From Macrostomum hystrix (Eukaryota; Animalia; Platyhelminthes), in the NCBI GenBank assembly GCA_950097015.1, contig CATNEN010000002.1:7750001-7814000 (forward strand): 64,000 nt of DNA, in the 5' to 3' direction. Of the stretch, positions 11,870 to 24,559 are shown piece after piece. A program made the translations under genes and the position numbers. The notes below the pieces were generated by a model. That model saw only the letters and a list, made by a program, of their open reading frames with translations, made no database searches and was not told the origin of the DNA. The first letter of the stretch is position 1. Each line of letters opens with the position of its first letter.

Positions 11870-14800
11870 TCAGCTTGGTTGGCTCGTGCAGGCGATGGTC
11901 TTGCGCTTCTGCCTGTCGTGCTGAAGTCCTCGACCGTGCAGCGACCGCGTCATCACCGGCTGATGCTGCGATGATTGCGGCTGGTGGTGAAGCTGGCTAG
12001 AGCTGCCCGTCAGATCCTCGCTAGAGAGCGCTGCCGGCATCGACATTGAACTGGGCAGGGGCAGTTGGAGCGGGTCAGTCAGTTTGAGTGCTTTGAACAG
12101 TGGACATGTACCAACTGCAGCTGGATATGTACCAACAACTGCAGCTAGATATGTACCAACAGCTGCAGCTAGATATGTACCAACTGCAGCTGGACATGTA
12201 CCAACTGCAGCTGGACATGTACCAACAACTGCAGCTAGATATGTACCAACAACTGCAGCTAGATATGTACCAACAGCTGCAGCTAGATATGTACCAACTG
12301 CAGCTGGACATGTACCAACTGCAGCTGGACATGTACCAACTGCAGCTGCACATGTACCAACAGCTGCAGCTAGATATGTACCAACTGCAGCTGGACATGA
12401 ACCAACAACTGCAGCTGATATGTACCAGCAACTGCAGCTAGACATGGTACAACAACTGCAGCTAGATATGTACCAACAACTGCAGCTGGACATGAACCAA
12501 CAACTGCAGCTGGACATGTACCAACAACTGCAGCTGGGCATGAACCAACAACTGCAGCTGGACATGAACCAACTGCAGCTGGACATGTACCAATAACTGC
12601 AGCTGGACATGTACCAATAACTGCAGCTGGACATGTACCAACTGCAGCTGGACATGTACCAATAACTGCAGCTGGACATGTAACCAACAACTGCAGCTGG
12701 ACATGTACCAACTGAAGCTGGACATGTACCAACAACTGCAGCTAGATATGTACCAACAACTGCAGCTGGACATGTACCAACAACTGCAGCTGGACATGAA
12801 CCAACAACTGCAGCTAGATATGTACCAACAACACCAGCTGGGTATGTTCAATTCAACACTTTTCATCCACACGGACACTCAGAAGGCCCCATGAATTCAT
12901 AGCAGAGCCCTCACAGTTCCCGTGGCGACTCTCGCTGCAGCTGCATGGCTTCCATTTTGAACTTGAGCTCGTCGTAGTTCATGCTCAGTCGCGTCTTGGC
13001 CCGCGACTCCTGGTCGAATTTCCGCATGAGCTGCTGATGCTTCTCCTGCAGGATCCTGCGGGTTTCAACAATTTTGAGTACAGCTCTGCTCAGTCCATGG
13101 ACTGGGGGGCTACGTGCTCAAGACTGCAACTCACTTCTCATTGTCCGTTTTGAGCTGAATGAGGGCCTCAAGATTCTCCAGCTTGTACTGCAGCTGCCTG
13201 TTGACCTCCCTGACGTCCGTCAAACCGTTGAATTTCTCCAGCAAGTCGGCCTTCTCGGCCCGCAGCTCGGCGATCTCCTTCTGCTTGAGCTCCAGCACCG
13301 CCTTCAGCGACTCGATCTCATCTGGGAGGTCCTTGTAGGCGGAGATGGCCACCTAGGGATTCGGGTGTGAGCTCAGGGTTGATTTGGCGGGCTCTGAAGC
13401 TGTAGATTTTTCTGCTCTTCATCCAGAGGCACAGCAACTCAGCATTCGATTGCTAATCCTGCAATCTAAATTCGCACCAAGGTCCCTGGGCTCGATTCCA
13501 CGGCGAGGCCACATCAATTTGAGGCGCAGACGCGGAGAGAAGGCTTGGTGGCTTGTCGTGAAATTTACGCTCTTGTGGGCCAACCTCCAAGGCGATGGGA
13601 AAGTCAGGGCAGATGTACACACCTGTGTGAGCGTGTCTCCTCGCTGGCTGCGGGTCTAGTGTCATCAAATATGTGCCATTGACAGCAACCCTCCTGCAAT
13701 TATGATTTTATCCCTTCATCCACTTCCTTCTCTCTTGTTCTCTAATCCTAAGGCAAGGCAATGACCCCACAGCCAGATTAAGGATTTCGAGTCCTGCTAG
13801 CTACAGCGGTCGCTACAAAGTCCGTTACCAGGCCGCAACCAAAATTGCAGTGCAAAATGAACAAACCAGAAGTCAATACTACATATAGAAAATATTAATC
13901 ATAAAATGTGCTGAAAATGCAGGGTTGCAATCTGTTTCCAAAGCATACCAGTGCAGTCTCTGTTGCAGCTGCCTCCGCAACGCCTGGCTCATCCAGGCTA
14001 TCTTGCCGAGTTTGACCTTCGCTGTCAAAAACTGTCTGCTGCTGGCGCGTCTGGTCGCCATGGTTACAACAGCTAGCCTGGACACAGTTTTGGCGGTTAA
14101 AATTAGCAACGGAAAAGCTTTAATCTTTTGCGTGTTTTTCCATGAAATGCGAACCACATATTTGATTGATGCATAGGTCGAAAATGCACCTCAAATGTAC
14201 AACCTTATTTAACAAAATATTCGACAACAGTGAAAAGTGAAAGTCAAGTGAAGTTTCACCTGAAGCAGTACTAAAGAAAAAACTATTTAACTGGTTAGCA
14301 TTCAAGTACAAACACCTGTCTAGGTGAAACAATATGTTCATAAGTATTCTATATAACTGGCAAACTAGAGACAACATTTAAAATTCGAAATCAGCAACAA
14401 TCTCCAGATCTCATTCCCACCTGTAGTTTGATTGCCGCCTCCCGCTCGATCGCATCCTCGCGCCAACGTTCTCGAGATCGAAGCTCGTTGCATTCCGACT
14501 GCATGGCAACCAGTTTCTCCTGGATGGCGAGTGGGGCGGCTCAGAATCAGAGCTAGATTGTGGTTCTAGAGCTCTAGCTGCGATTCTAAAGCTCTAGCTG
14601 CGATTCTATAGCTCTAGCTGCGATTCTAGAGCTCTAGCTGCGATTCTAGAGCTCTAGCTGCGATTCTAGAGCTCTAGCTGCGATTCTAGAGCTCTAGCTG
14701 CGATTCTAGAATTTTAGCGGCTGCTCTTGCTGCGATTCTAGAAATCCAGCTACGGCTCTATAAATCTAGCTGCGATTCTTGAATTTGTAATTCTTGACGT

Positions 14801-17800
14801 TTGTAGCTAGACTTCCTAGTTTTCTATTTCCCAGGAAAATTTCCTATTTCCTAGATTTTGAAATTTACCTGCGATTCTCACTGCCCTTCGATTCTAGCTG
14901 GCAATGTAAAATTCTATCTGCGATTCTAGCAGTTTTTATTTAATGCAATGCAGACTAACCGATAGTCCAGCCTTCATCTCTTCAAACCGGCGGGTCATGT
15001 CGCTGATGCGCATCTCATGGTGTCGCTCCAGCTCTGCGGGTTAGCGAGGCCGAAGTACAATGGCCTCTAATTATTTATAAACTCTATTGAATCATAGAAA
15101 CGCAAGAAAGTAAATTTACCTTGCAGGTGCCTGGAGTCCTGCTCCTCGAGTGTCTCGAGCTCCTGCCGGAACTGCGCCTCCTTCTGCTCGATGGCGGCCT
15201 CGTGATCTCGCTGCAGATTCTCCAGCTGAAATGGAATGGTAAGAAATGGAATGGGAAGAAACGGAATGGAAAGAAATGGATTGGGGAGAATTGGAATTTA
15301 TAGAATATGAGCAAGTGAAATGAGAAGAAACTCACCTGAGTTTCATAGCGCTCTCTAATTGCTGCCAGCTCATCTCGGTGAGCTGCCATCAGCCGGGCTT
15401 CCACCTGAGCCACCGCCTGAGCCGCGGCCGCCTTGGCTTCCTCCGCCGACTCCGCCGCAGCCTCCCTGACGGCGGCGAGCTCGGCCTCTGCTGCAGCCAG
15501 GGCTGCCGAGGCTGACAGGGCCTCGGACTGGGCACGGAGGCGCAGGTTGTCGGATTCCTGCTCTAGCTGCGCGTTAGCGGCCTGAATCAAATCTCAGCAC
15601 AGTTAGCTATGACCAGATCACTATGACATACCAGATTACTATTACCAGATCACTATGACCAGATCACTATGACTAGATTACTATGACCAGATCACAATGA
15701 CCAGATCACAATGATCAGATCACTATGACCAGATCACTATGACTAGATTACTATGACCAGATCACAATGACCAGATCACAATGATCAGATCACTATGACC
15801 AGATCACTATGACTAGATTACTATGACCAGATCACTATGACATTCCAGATTACTATGACCAGATCACTATGACATAACAGATCACTGACATAACAGATCA
15901 CTATGACCGGATCACTATGACATACCAGATTACTATGACCAGAACACTATGACCAGATCACTATGACCAGATCACTATGACCATATCACTATGACCAGAT
16001 CACTATGACCAGATCACTATGACCATATCACTATGACCAGATCAATATGACCAGATCACTATGATAGGTCTCTATGACCAGATCACAATGACCAGGTCAC
16101 TAGGACATAGAATGACTAGACACATACGCAATTTATCATGACCAGCTCACTAAATAACCAGTTCACTATGACCAGTTCCTATATGATCAATTCCCCTGTC
16201 TTTAGTGTCAAACCAGTGGCGAACCTGCATCAGCGTGAGCTGGTCGGACGTGTCGGCCAGTTGTTCGCACACGCTGGCGAGCCGGTCGAGCAGCCGGAGC
16301 TTCGTGGCCTCAGCCTGAGTGAGCTGGTTGGACCAGGCAACGGTCACGGCTTCGAATCCCAAAGCCAGCCGTCGGATCTCGACTGTTGCACCTTGCAAGC
16401 GCTGCTCACTGCTGCCCAGCTCGTCCTGCAGCCGCCTAGCTTCTAGCGACATTGCTTCGACCTCCTCCGCTCGCTCTTGACGCTCCGTCAACAGGCTGAC
16501 TTCCAGATCCTGCTGTGCGCTTTTCTGCTCCTGGTGCAGCTGCTCCAGCTGTTCCAGCAGCATCTGCTTCTCGTCCAGCTTCTGCAGCTGCTCCGCATGC
16601 AGTTGCTCCAGCTGGTTCAACTGCTGCTGCTTTTGGTCTAGGAGCTGCTGCTGCTCTTGCTGCTGCTGTTGAAGCTCTTGAAGCTGCTGAAGCTGCTGCT
16701 GCTGCTGCTGCATCCTCATGGGACTCGACCGATTGCTGCCAGTGGCAGTGGCTGCGGCACCCGACCTTACAGCGGCTGTGGTGGCGGGTCGGCCACGCGT
16801 TGCCGCAGCCGCGTTGGCCGCGGTTGCCGCTGAAGGTTTTCTCTGCGGAGCCGCTGGCGCAGCGTATGGCTGTGGAATGTCGATGGGCTGGCTGCACCTC
16901 TACTGTCACCAAATAATGTGCCATTGGCCGCAGCCCTCCTGAAATTATTCTTATTAAGGCTCTTACCTTCGCTTTGGCTGTAGCAGCAGGAGCAGCAGCA
17001 GCAGCAGCAGCAGGTCCTTTGCCAGCAGCTCCTGCAGCAGATTTCCCTGCAGCAGCGGCGCCCGCCCTCGCCACCGGTCCGGTGGGCGCCGTCTTAACCG
17101 GAGGAGCCCGGCTGCCGGCTGATGAAAGTGTCATGAGGGTTTGAGGGGCCAATTGAACAGCAAAGCTTGATTCAGGACTGTGGCTTGGATAATCAAGGAA
17201 GTGTGACTGCTGGGATCTGGAGCTGCTCAATGATTGCAATCGCTTTAAATGTGCCACGAGGGTTGTGGATCGGGGGAGAGGGCAGATCCCCACTAGAACA
17301 AAATCAATGAATTTTGCCTTGCACAGAGAACTGCACATTGCACTGAGCACTAAAGCAAGGAGTGAGTAGGAAGGGCTGCGGGGCAGAACTCCAAGTGAGG
17401 TTAAGTGAGCAGAGAATACTAAGCAGCAAGTTGGGATATTGTGAGCCGGGGGACAGTTGAGCAGGGTTTGAGTGGGTCCCACAGCTCGGATGTCTGGCAG
17501 CGGTTGGTTCTTGCAGTTCTTTTTGGCGATTCGTGAAATACTTTCCGAAATGGGCGTTGCGAGTTCTCGAGCAATTTCGCAGCAGAATTCTACGAGCTAT
17601 TTTAGATTGCCAAATGGTATTCATAAGAGATTCACGTTTGCTAAAAGGTCTTAAAAAATATATACGGTCGTAAATTTTCTCCAAACTTCCCCTGAAAGTT
17701 GCAGCTCTGTCTGCAACCTTAGCCTACACATCGGAATTGTTTTTCATACGGCTTCCATCACAACGGAGGTATTTCAAATACCCACTGCCTGCTTCTCGAT

Positions 17801-20800
17801 TGCTCCGAATCAATTTTCGTGAAAGTCCACCACATGGATCGAAATTTTCCGTCCCTTACGATGAACTAATTTTTATCATTGTCGTCGAGCATCGTCGAGA
17901 TATTCAGCGATTCTTGTCGAAGACCCTGGAGACAAGGACAGCTGACACTGCTCTTTATAAACCTCTATGGCTAATCCATATTGATTCTGCAATCAACAAT
18001 AATTGCCGACATTATTGTTCATGGTCATATGATGCACTTTTGGGAGCAGAAAAATTATGCCTACGTCGGTAGCTTTTGCCACCAATCTTTGAATAACTCG
18101 ACGAAAAAAATGTTTTTTTATTGTTTAATTGGATAGAGCGGGAAAGCTTAGCCCGTGTTCTGGATCTTCATGGCGATTGGTTGAACGATTTAGGATATCA
18201 AAGTAGGCCATGGAGCCTCACCCTGATTGGCCAGCGAGAGGCAGTTGATGCTATTTTTAGAACTAGCATATTGTTGGGAATTCCCATTAAAAAACCGACT
18301 TCAAAACAAGCATTTTTTCACTACCGCCTACCAGCTTTGCCTGCCGCTGTGGCTGCGGCGACGCGAGGCTTCGCAGCTCCGACGGCCATCCCCGCTGGCC
18401 CCGCGGCCGGCTGCTTGCGGTCGCGCTGCGGTGCCGTGACTGCGCTGGGCCGCCTGCTGCCCGCGGCTGCTGCTGACGGAGCCGCCGCTGTCGCCGAAGT
18501 TCGCCTTCGCGGTGTCGCAGAGCCGACGGTTGTCGGCTTTTTAATAGCGGATTTCACTGCCGGCTTGTTATCAGTGGATTCTTTTGATGTTGCCGCCGCT
18601 GGCGCGATTGTCAGTTTGGCGGCGTCTTTGATCTGCGAATCATCGACTGGAATACCAAGATAATTAGAGAAAAATGCTTAGTTCAGTTGTATTATTTAAT
18701 CTAAAACCCTGCCAATTAGCACCTTCATGGACCCTACCCATCCCCTCCATGGATCCTAACTCCGACCCTTCCCACCCCGTCCTCCGACCCTACCGACCCC
18801 GAAACCCACCCCCTCCACAGACCCTACAGACCCCGACACCCACCCCACGCAGCCAGCCAATCAGCGGTGAGCTGCGCCTTAGAGGGGCCGTTTTCGTACT
18901 ACTTAGCTAGAAATGACACCTTCACCAATTAGGCCTGATGTGTAGCCAATGACACAACAGCAGCTATTGCGAGGCGATTCCAAAGGCTATGTACAGACTG
19001 TGTTCAGTGGATTCTGTTAGATTCGTAATCCAATTTTCATGCGTCACTTGTAACAGGACTGCTGTCTGAAAAAGTTTACTTCGCTGCACTATTGCTATGC
19101 AAACTGGATAAAGCAAAAAAAATTCTTCCTATCGCTTTGTAGAGGTTTCATTCAATAAGCTTCATCACATTGTAGAGTAAGATGTTTTTTCTACTTCACG
19201 AGACTTCGGGTTCAATTTTGCGCAGCTGGTTCAACTCCTCCGCAGGTGGTCCATTTCTAACACGAAACGAAGTATTTGCTGATACTGCCTACTCGTTTAC
19301 ACCTTGGAGTAAGTGCTTTCCTTACACTCAAACTCTAATTTGGCATGGGGTCTCTCATTTCTTTATCGAATTGTACCTTCACTAAAGAAGCTGACAGGTA
19401 ATAATAATAATGTAACTGCGACTCAAATAATTCGTTCATTATTAGTCGTTGACTGAGTCGGCAACTCCGATAACTCAGTGTGTGTTGCAACTCCGACAAC
19501 TCAGTGGGTTGCAACTCCGATAACTCAGTGTGTGTTGCAACTCCGATAACTCAGTGGGTTGCAACTCCGATAACTCAGTGTGTGTTGCAACTCCGACAAC
19601 TCAGTGGGTTGCAACTCCGATAACTCAGTGTGTGTTGCAACTCCGACAACTCAGTGTGTGTTGCAAGTCCGACAACTCAGTGTGTGTTGCAAGTCCGACA
19701 ACTCAGTGGGTTGCAACTCCGATAACTCAGTGTGTGTTGCAACTCCGATAACTCAGTGGGTTGCAACTCCGATAACTCAGTGTGTGTTGCAACTCCGACA
19801 ACTCAGTGTGTGTTGCAAGTCCGACAACTCAGTGGGTTGCAACTCCGATAACTCAGTGTGTGTTGCAACTCCGACAACTCAGTGTGTGTTGCAAGTCCGA
19901 CAACTCAGTGTGTGTTGCAAGTCCGACAACTCAGTGGGTTGCAACTCCGATAACTCAGTGTGTGTTGCAACTCCGATAACTCAGTGTGTTGCAACTCCGA
20001 TAACTCAGTGTGTGTTGCAACTCCGATAACTCAGTGTGTGTTGCAACTCCGATAACTCAGTGTGTGTTGCAACTCCGATAACTCAGTGTGTTGCAACTCC
20101 GATAACTCAGTGTGTGTTGCAACTCCGATAACTCAGTGTGTGTTGCAACTCCGACAACTCAGTGGGTTGCAACTCCGATAACTCAGTGTGTGTTGCAACT
20201 CCGACAACTCAGTGTGTGTTGCAAGTCCGACAACTCAGTGGGTTGCAACTCCGATAACTCAGTGGGTTGCAACTCCGATAACTCAGTGTGTGTTGCAACT
20301 CCGATAACTCAGTGGGTTGCAACTCCGATAACTCAGTGTGTGTTGCAACTCCGACAACTCAGTGGGTTGCAACTCCGATAACTCAGTGTGTGTTGCAACT
20401 CCGACAACTCAGTGTGTGTTGCAAGTCCGACAACTCAGTGTGTGTTGCAAGTCCGACAACTCAGTGGGTTGCAACTCCGATAACTCAGTGTGTGTTGCAA
20501 CTCCGATAACTCAGTGGGTTGCAACTCCGATAACTCAGTGTGTGTTGCAACTCCGACAACTCAGTGTGTGTTGCAAGTCCGACAACTCAGTGGGTTGCAA
20601 CTCCGATAACTCAGTGTGTGTTGCAACTCCGACAACTCAGTGTGTGTTGCAAGTCCGACAACTCAGTGTGTGTTGCAAGTCCGACAACTCAGTGGGTTGC
20701 AACTCCGATAACTCAGTGTGTGTTGCAACTCCGATAACTCAGTGTGTTGCAACTCCGATAACTCAGTGTGTGTTGCAACTCCGACAACTCAGTGGGTTGC

Positions 20801-22069
20801 AACTCCGATAACTCAGTGTGTGTTGCAACTCCGATAGCTCAGTGTGTGTTGCAACTCCGACAACTCAGTGTGTTGCAACTCCGATAACTCAGTGGGTTGC
20901 AACTCCGATAACTCAGTGTGTTGCAACTCCGATAACTCAGTGGGTTGCAACTCCGATAACTCAGTGTGTGTTGCAACTCCGATAACTCAGTGGGTTGCAA
21001 CTCCGATAACTCAGTGGGTTGCAACTCCGATAACTCAGTGGGTTGCAACTCCGATAACTCAGTGGGTTGCACCAGATGCAACTGTCTGGCTCATCTCTAG
21101 CCTCGCTCGATCTATGATATACTGAACCCCCTTTTCACTTACCTGGGCTGTGCATGGGTGCTACTTAGGTTGGAAACTATAGTTTGTTAATTGCAAAAGC
21201 ACATTAGCTACAGCCTATCGGCACAGGACCCGTACTAGTATTTCATGCAACATATGCGAGCTGCAAGCGCAAGGCAGCAATTTGATTCAGCGAACGAAAC
21301 TAAAGAGGCTCGCCTTGGCCAAGAAAGTTTCAGATTTTGGATATTCGAGCTGTTTTCTAGGAAACCACAGATATGCATTAGTCCCCTGTATTTCAGCTGT
21401 TTAGAATGCTACAAGAACACAGAGTTACTGAGGCGAATGCACTTCATGGTTACTATTCACTAATGTTTATAAGCGCAAGCCAGCGAACATACCTGCAGTT
21501 ACAGAAGGATAATCTATTGTACAGTCTCCGTTGCCATTGGTTACTGGCTGGTTGATGTCCGTTGTTTCAGTTGGGCAGAGCAAGCCTTCATCGGTTTCGG
21601 TTGATGCTGCTGCTGCTGCTGCTGCTGCTGCCACATTGATTGATGCGTCTGGGAAAAAGAAATGTTTATTTGGTACATTTCGTACTTCCGGGCATCCTGG
21701 TCAGTCAATCAAACTGATCTATCTAACTATCGAGCTGATCAATCTAACGATCAAGCTGGTCAGTCAATCAAGCTTGTGTATTAAGAGAAAGGTAGAATTC
21801 TCACCTGTCAAGATGCTGTCAGCAACGACATTCATGTCAGCATTTTGAGCAGTGGAGTCCAAGTCGCAAGTAGATGGACCATCGACTCTGTCGTCACCGG
21901 CCGGCACTGAGTCGCCACCTTCGCCAACGTCAGCATTGACCGCAGCCTCCTCGATGGCCTTGAAGTCTTCGTCAGTTGGCGGCTCCGGCGGGTCCAGGGT
22001 GAAGGTCTGCTTCCGGGCCCGATGCCGACCCTGCTGACGGCCTGGTACTAGCAGATGACAGCTGTCCAT
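11870..22069 (-). CDS. MTUS1/MTUS2 (ATIP)/CCDC69-like coiled-coil microtubule-associated protein; 5' end uncertain
   Basis: Phase-consistent minus-strand exons: 21805-~22061, 21493-21648, 18332-18646, 16967-17118, 16225-16869, 15336-15581, 15120-15225, 14960-15033, 14421-14519, 13135-13352, 12915-13055, 11870-12050. Ala/Pro-rich N-half, then a Q/E-rich coiled coil. C-terminal [18 protein letters not shown] and FDQESRAKTRLSMNYDELKFKM resemble MTUS1 ([32 protein letters not shown]). Possible first exon 22888-23087. Confidence 0.75.
12103..12845. repeat. 21/24-bp minisatellite (ggacatgtaccaa[caa]ctgcagct)
   Basis: Fills the last intron of the MTUS-like gene. Confidence 0.9.
13472..13710 (+). 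mobile_element. tRNA-derived SINE copy D
   Basis: cgcaccaaggtccctgggctcgattccacggcgaggcc... through ccctcctgcaattatga; inside an MTUS-like intron. Confidence 0.8.
14560..14780. repeat. 20-bp minisatellite (ctagagctctagctgcgatt)
   Basis: Intronic; contains the 12-bp palindrome CTAGAGCTCTAG. Confidence 0.85.
15605..16175. repeat. 14-bp-based minisatellite (gaccagatcactat)
   Basis: Fills MTUS-like intron 15582-16224. Confidence 0.9.
16888..16950 (+). mobile_element. SINE 3'-end fragment (copy E) filling most of a 97-bp intron
   Basis: gctggctgc..ctgtcaccaaataatgtgccattggccgcagccctcctgaaattatt matches the tails of copies A and C. Confidence 0.65.
19455..21070. repeat. 24/26-bp minisatellite (gcaactccgataactcagtg[ggtt|tgtgtt]) with 758-bp higher-order duplication
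   Basis: About 65 units; matching ORFs offset by 758 nt (19580/20338, 19782/20540). Confidence 0.92.
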
Positions 22070-22340
22070 CAGTGCTCAGGTGTGCTGCTCAGGTGTGCTG
22101 CTCAGGTGTGCTGCTCAGGTGTGCTGCTCAGGTGTGCTGCTCAGGTGTGCTGCTCAGGTGTGCTGCTCAGGTGCGCTGCTCAGGTGTGCTGCTCAGGTGC
22201 GCTGCTCAGGTGTGCTGCTCAGGTGTGCTGCTCAGGTGCGCTGCTCAGTTGTGCTGCTCAGGTGTGCTGCTCAGGTGCGCTGCTCAGGTGTGCTGCTCAG
22301 GTGTGCTGCTCAGGTGTGCTGCTCAGGTGTGCTGCTCAGA
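22070..22340. repeat. 13-bp minisatellite (gtgtgctgctcag)
   Basis: About 20 copies abutting an MTUS-like exon. Confidence 0.9.
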
Positions 22341-24559
22341 TGTCAGAAGGTCAAAAGTCTAATCAGTATCAGGTCTAGTGGGATCACAGCTCTGGTGGGA
22401 TCAGTTTTGAGTTCCATCCACACAATAATTGTTGAAATTTGGATGCGAAATCACAGAAGTATCGTTATAGGCAATTGAAAGGCGATAAATTAAATTTTTG
22501 AGAACAATTCTTACCGGCAAAATTCGAATTGGCTGTAGATTGCTTCTCACTAGGTAATCCTTCGAATTTCCTGAATAATCGATTAACTTCAAACCGGTAA
22601 CTGTGTCGAATGCAATCGATCGGCCAAGCAATATTCGAGTGGGAGCAAAAGTAGACAGGGCGATGGAGGGTTGGAGGAGGGCTTGGAGCTGCTCTCACAG
22701 CCACCAGGGCAGGCCGTGTGCATGCGACAAGGCCGTCAGCCCAGGGGCAGTGGGGTTTGAGGCGCTGACACTGTACACTGAATACTGGCTGGCTCTCCGA
22801 CCCACCACGCGTTCCTATTGGTTGGCGAGCTGGGAATGGAAACGGCGGGTGATGCGTCCCTCGCCCCGGCCTGGCTGTACTTATTACCCTGGCCTCCCTG
22901 CCTTCCACTCCAAGCTCCCAGCGGCCCGCCCATCCCTGGGGCTGAGGAGTCTACGCAGGAGGGTGAGGGGAGAGAGCAGGTTTGGCTTTTTCGGATTGGA
23001 GGAATGAAAGACGAGCGTCAGCAGTCGATCGTCATCCACCGTGGCCATGCATGTATTGCAGTAGCTGCAGTACTTCCTGCTTCTCATTGGGCTCCCCTTG
23101 TCAAAGGCGATCAGTACCCCGGATGGGACTGTTGCTTGCTAACGGAACATGCATTGCTAGCTCGATGTACAGTAGCTACATAGTCATCGAAATTGATTAA
23201 TGATGTCGGCATGGCACTGCTAGTATAAATATGCAGAATGGCGTTTTTTGATTAGGACACATTGAAAAGACGCGAAATTTGTTTAAAAGCGGCTGCATGC
23301 CTTTCTTGTGAAAGTTTGATGGGTAAACAATGTTCAAACTGTATAAAAGAAGCTCGAATTACAAGCTCATTTAAGGTAGTCAGAGGTTATTTTACATGTA
23401 GTTATATATGCAGGGTTACCAGACGGTTCTCTGCATGTACGCATTAGGAATTGAGCAGTATCGATCTAATTTTGATTATTAACTTCAGTCAATTGCAATA
23501 GAAAAATTCTGCCGCTTTCATACCTGCAATCTGAATTTTCAGCTCTTTCCTGTAGTTTAACTGATTATCTTGCAGAAATGCGTTCCTTATTCTGAAACTT
23601 CGCTATCAATAATGTCAGACTTTGTTAATTTGTGTCAAAACATTGGACACGTGTTAATCGAAGACAGCTTATGTGGTTTACAAGCTTCTAATAACACACA
23701 GAAATGCATTAACATAGGCTACATTTATCAAGGTTTATGTCACTTTAATTGACAATGGCTACTTATGTCCTTACTTCTTTGAACTTGAACAGTTTTGAAT
23801 GTAACTAGAGACACTGCCATGTTACTGTCTCGGTGGATCACCGAAGGACAAACCGATCATATAAGCTGCAACATTCTATGTTTTTTCGTTTCTTTTTTTA
23901 GTAAAAATGAAGACAGTCACTTTCAAAAACATATGAATTTGAAATTTAGTGTTGATGGTTAATAGAGCATTGCAAGTATTGTTGGCCCATCGTCTCAAAA
24001 AAGCGATAAAATTGCAGCTTTAACAAGTTTTCTGCTCAGCTCAAGATATACTTTATTGCTATACCATTACCACTTATGCAAAAGAAAACTTTCGATGAAG
24101 AAATATCTAAGCTTGTTTATTTTGTTTAACTTTACTACAAAGGTTAAGATTAGAGCCCATTTTTAAATATAGTTAATTCAAAGAAATAATTTACGAACAT
24201 GCGGATTGCGGACATTGTTGTGAACTTGTGCCTGATATTGTTTAAGTCAAAGTCAGACACTTTGATTCACGCTTTGTCTATTTCTGAACACGGTTTATCT
24301 GTGCGCCTACAATTTGGTACTTAGTACTGGAAAAAATCACGTTCATATAGAAAACATTGATAGAAGTCGCAGGAAACATTGGCTGGGCCGCTCGTTCTGA
24401 AGTGAATGTTTTAGCTATTTAGAACCGTGTTAAATTTAGTCTGTGGATAAAGCTGTGTTTTTAATAAAGATTTCGTTCGATTGACTAAATTTTATGGCTG
24501 GCATATCGTACAAGAAAATAATACTGTCGATTGTAAAGCTTTTTTCATTCTTCCTTAAG

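Noticed and set aside
11870-12894. Gln/Cys-rich repeat ORFs (QLQLDMYQ, SSCSCWY)
   Set aside because: Products of the intronic 21/24-bp minisatellite; only 11870-12050 is exonic.
17737-18663. Plus-strand ORFs of 111 and 180 aa inside the MTUS-like gene
   Set aside because: They start at TTG, have no recognisable domain, and the longer one is mostly antisense to a real exon.
19455-21070. CRISPR-like regular array
   Set aside because: Units are directly adjacent with no unique spacers, there are no cas genes, and the array lies in a eukaryotic intron.
24199-24324. Candidate signal-peptide first exon for the C16orf89-like gene (MRIADIVVNLCLILF...)
   Set aside because: I could not join it in phase to exon 24560 with convincing splice sites; left unresolved.
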